This document shows, piece after piece, positions 61,340-64,000 of a DNA stretch of 64,000 nucleotides. Below the pieces are notes generated by a model, which worked only from the letters and a program-made list of their open reading frames with translations, was not told the DNA's origin and did no database searches. Made by a program: the position numbers and the translations under genes. The first letter of the stretch is position 1, and the number at the start of each line of letters is the position of its first letter. Source of the stretch: Lama guanicoe (Eukaryota); assembly GCA_013239625.1 (NCBI GenBank), contig MU054187.1, forward strand, positions 6,893,757 through 6,957,756. Reading direction: 5' to 3'.

Positions 61340-62520
61340 TTTTTATTTATTCATTTATTAATTAATTCTCAGATATCTGTTAGAACCTCTTATGGGCTAA
61401 TCTTAGGCTGTACATGGGAGACAGATCCAGCCTCAAGCTCACCCCCAGTGATTCCTGCCTCCTGATACTCATGCCCTTATGTGGCCCCCTCCACTCCCTC
61501 GTTGTACGAAGGTTGGCTGTGTGACCAGTAAAATACTGCAGAAATTATGGCATGTCACTTCTGAGATGAGGTCATAAAAGACTGTGGCTTCCATCTTGGA
61601 CATTATATCTCTTGAATCACTCTCTTGGGGAAACCGTGTCCTTGGTGGTGCTAGGGAGTGGCCCTTGTGGTGAGGAACTGTAGCCTCCTACCAGCAGTCA
61701 TACAAGTGAGCTGCCAAGGGGATGCTCTCAAACCCAGTCCAGTGTAACGTGATGGCAGCCCCAACTGACACCTTGGTTGCAGCCTCAGGAGAGGCCCTGT
61801 TCCAGGACCACCTGGAAAAACTGCTCTGGAATTCCCAACTCTCTGTGAGATAATGAGTGTTTGTTCTTTTACCCTAATACACAGAGGACGGTTTTTATAC
61901 AGTACTAGGTAGACTAATACAGAGGGACGTAGATGGATAAGACACTGTCCCGGCCTTCAGGAAGCTTCTAGTCCAGGAAAACTAATGATGCACTGATTTA
62001 CGGCTAAACCAGAGGTAGGTGGGATTAGAGCCCATGGAAGCAGCCCCTCTCAGTCCTGGAGACCAGGAACAGCTGAAGAAGTGATCCTTAATCTGAGGCT
62101 CCAAGGATGAAGATGAGGAGGTTTCCAGAGCAAAGTGTGGGCAGGAGAGACACAGTATTCCAGACAGAAGGAGGAAGGTGATCCAACAAAGGCCCAGGGC
62201 AGAAGCAGGCAGAGCAGTTCATGGGATAGGGTTCATGTGGGCAAATGGAAGGGATGAAAAATGAGGGAGGAGAGGTGAGTGGGTAACAGTGGAGAAGGAA
62301 GAAGTTTGATTTTTGTCCTGAAGTTCTAGGACAGCCACTGAAGATCTTTGGGCAGGAACATGGCTTCAGTTCAGAGTCCAAGGCAGGGTAAGCCTGGAGA
62401 CAAGGGGGAGCTGACACAGTGAGAGGAAGCGCAGTTGGCAGCTGGATAGAGGGCAGTGCAGGAGGACGGGAGAAGGTTGGATTTGAGGCATATTAAGAAG
62501 TTAGAATTGGCAGAAGGTGA
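61340..62520 (-). mobile_element. LINE-2 interrupted by an MLT1 LTR
   Basis: Reverse L2 tail tttattcatttattt...gatatctgttagaacctctta resumes after the LTR at gatggataagacactgtcccggccttcaggaagcttctagtccag. Confidence 0.65.
61415..61922 (+). mobile_element. MLT1F-like ERVL-MaLR solo LTR
   Basis: cccccagtgattcctgcctcctgatactcatgcccttatgtg...tgtcacttctgagatgaggtcataaaagactgtggcttccatcttgg...gaggaactg...ctgtgagataat...actaataca. Confidence 0.85.
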
Positions 62521-62789
62521 TGCTGCCGTATATAATTAGGCATATTTGCCTTCCACTTTCTACACGAAGGACCCAGGAAGCCTAACTCCTACGTGCTCCT
62601 CCTCTGGTCCAGTTGTCTCAGGTGATGGACACCACTGATGACCCAGTGCTTCCTGTGTCACCAAGGTCCTGGTCCAAACTCTGGTTGGACACAAATCCCT
62701 TGGCTCACTCCTCTTGCCTCCCCTCGTCCAGCTCTCTCTCCCCGCTAAGCCCTCTGCACAGCCGTATTAAGCTCTGGGGGTCATTTCTG

Positions 62790-63070
62790 TCCCATCACTC
62801 CTGCTCTGTCCTCTGACTGCTCCCCACCTCCTTTCCCCAGCTAACACCCAAGAAGTCCAAGAAGATTCAGCCTGCGTCTTGCCCCTTCTTGGACACCTAA
62901 ACTGCTATCTCTGATTCCCAACCCTGCCAGGTCTCATCCCACCATATACTAATTTGTGAACCACGTGATAGTCTCTCCTGCTGGGTAGTGAACTCCTTGA
63001 AGGCAGCAACCATCCCTCACATGCCTGGTCCCATCAGCAGAGCATCTGGCAAAGAATAGATGGGAAATGC
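62790..63070 (+). mobile_element. LINE-2 3' fragment
   Basis: tctctcctgctgggtagtgaactccttgaaggcagcaacc...agagcatctggcaaagaatagat. Confidence 0.55.
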
Positions 63071-64000
63071 GTGTGATGTGGCCGAAGGGCTGGGAGCACT
63101 GCATCCGAACGTTCCACTTCTTTTTCTGAAAACTCCCACCCAAAGAAGAAAGCTCTGAGCGGAGGAAGCCTTTGTTCTGCTGTAAGAGTTGGGAAAGCTT
63201 GAATAATTCTTTCTTATCTGCTCTAGGAAAGAGTTTGGTTTTTATCCTGGTTGATCTGGAAAGTGAGTTAATGAGCATTAGGGGCAAACATCTCCCAACT
63301 AGACTTTGAACAACTAGTTCGTAGCTCCAGGATCCGTAGGTTATTGTGGGTCTTTGTCTTTGTTTGTGAAAGACCAATAAAACAGTGCTTTGTAAGGGCT
63401 CTTTCAGAAAAATAAAAAAACTCCTTTTTTTTCCATGTTTAACTCTGTCTTCAGATAAGATTCAGCTGACGTCTCCTCTCAGCGGAGAATTCTTTGAAGT
63501 CAGGGGAGCTCCCCAGCTGGGTGACCTGGGCAGAAACATGCTCTGACTGATCATGATATGAATTTGAAGGGAACAATTAAGGAGTTATTTCCATTTTGAT
63601 TCTAATAGGAAGCCTTTTTATTTGTGTGCCTTTCAACCTGTCTCCATTTCTTCTGAAGCTTCAGTGGTGCCTCATGTCAGAGCTGTTAAAAGGACTTTGA
63701 AAGGGAATGTGTGAAATCATAAATGCTCCCGAAATAAGAAAATGTTTCTCAGTCCGTTACATTCCTAACCCCTAGTTTCTGCCTCACAGAATTTGTGAAA
63801 GGTCAGTAAGAGTGTTTTAGCACTAGATGCTTTAGACTTCCAGGAGAACGTCTTATTTCTGTCCTACATATCCATTGTTAATAAGTGACTGGTTTGGTAT
63901 TTTCTGAGTTTATATTTTGAGTAAAAACAAAACCTCACCTTCAGAAAGAATTAAGCACAAATTATATCGAAACCGAAATGTTAAAACCTCAAGTTAAAGA

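Larger units (their letters stand above)
6541..64000 (+). other. NKAIN3: NKAIN3 intron 1 (5' part; continues past the window)
   Basis: Starts at GTGAGT (6541-6546). The conserved exon-2 peptide ERQIFDFLG is absent from the ORF track and I did not see it elsewhere. NKAIN3 intron 1 is very long in human (from memory). Confidence 0.85.

Noticed and set aside
1..64000. Prokaryote-type systems (CRISPR arrays, operons), NUMTs, processed pseudogenes or non-retroviral viral inserts
   Set aside because: No regularly spaced repeat-spacer array and no recognisable mitochondrial, viral or mRNA-derived segment by eye. A tBLASTn/BLASTx search of the repeat-masked sequence would be needed to exclude highly decayed ones.

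Overview
Mammalian genomic DNA, very probably from a camelid (alpaca, llama or camel), judged from three tRNA-Ala-derived SINEs of the Vic-1 type. The window holds the 5' end of NKAIN3 (Na+/K+-transporting ATPase-interacting 3) on the + strand. A CpG island at about 5.45-7.1 kb contains a strong Kozak ATG at 6487 and a 54-nt first coding exon (MGCCTGRCSLICLCALQL) ending at a GTGAGT donor at 6541. Everything downstream is the start of a long intron 1; I did not find exon 2 (expected VSALERQIFDFLG...). The rest is ordinary eutherian repeat content (L1, L2, MIR, MER82, MER63, MER20-like, MLT1, MLT2, MER67, microsatellites) plus two assembly gaps. Repeat family names are recognised from memory of consensus sequences, not from a search, and repeat boundaries are approximate. 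I see no convincing undescribed biological system. The findings are modest, testable leads: candidate cryptic or poison exons, a possible divergent spliced transcript, candidate recursive splice sites, inverted repeat pairs, nested insertions, and microsatellites arising at the same L1 position.
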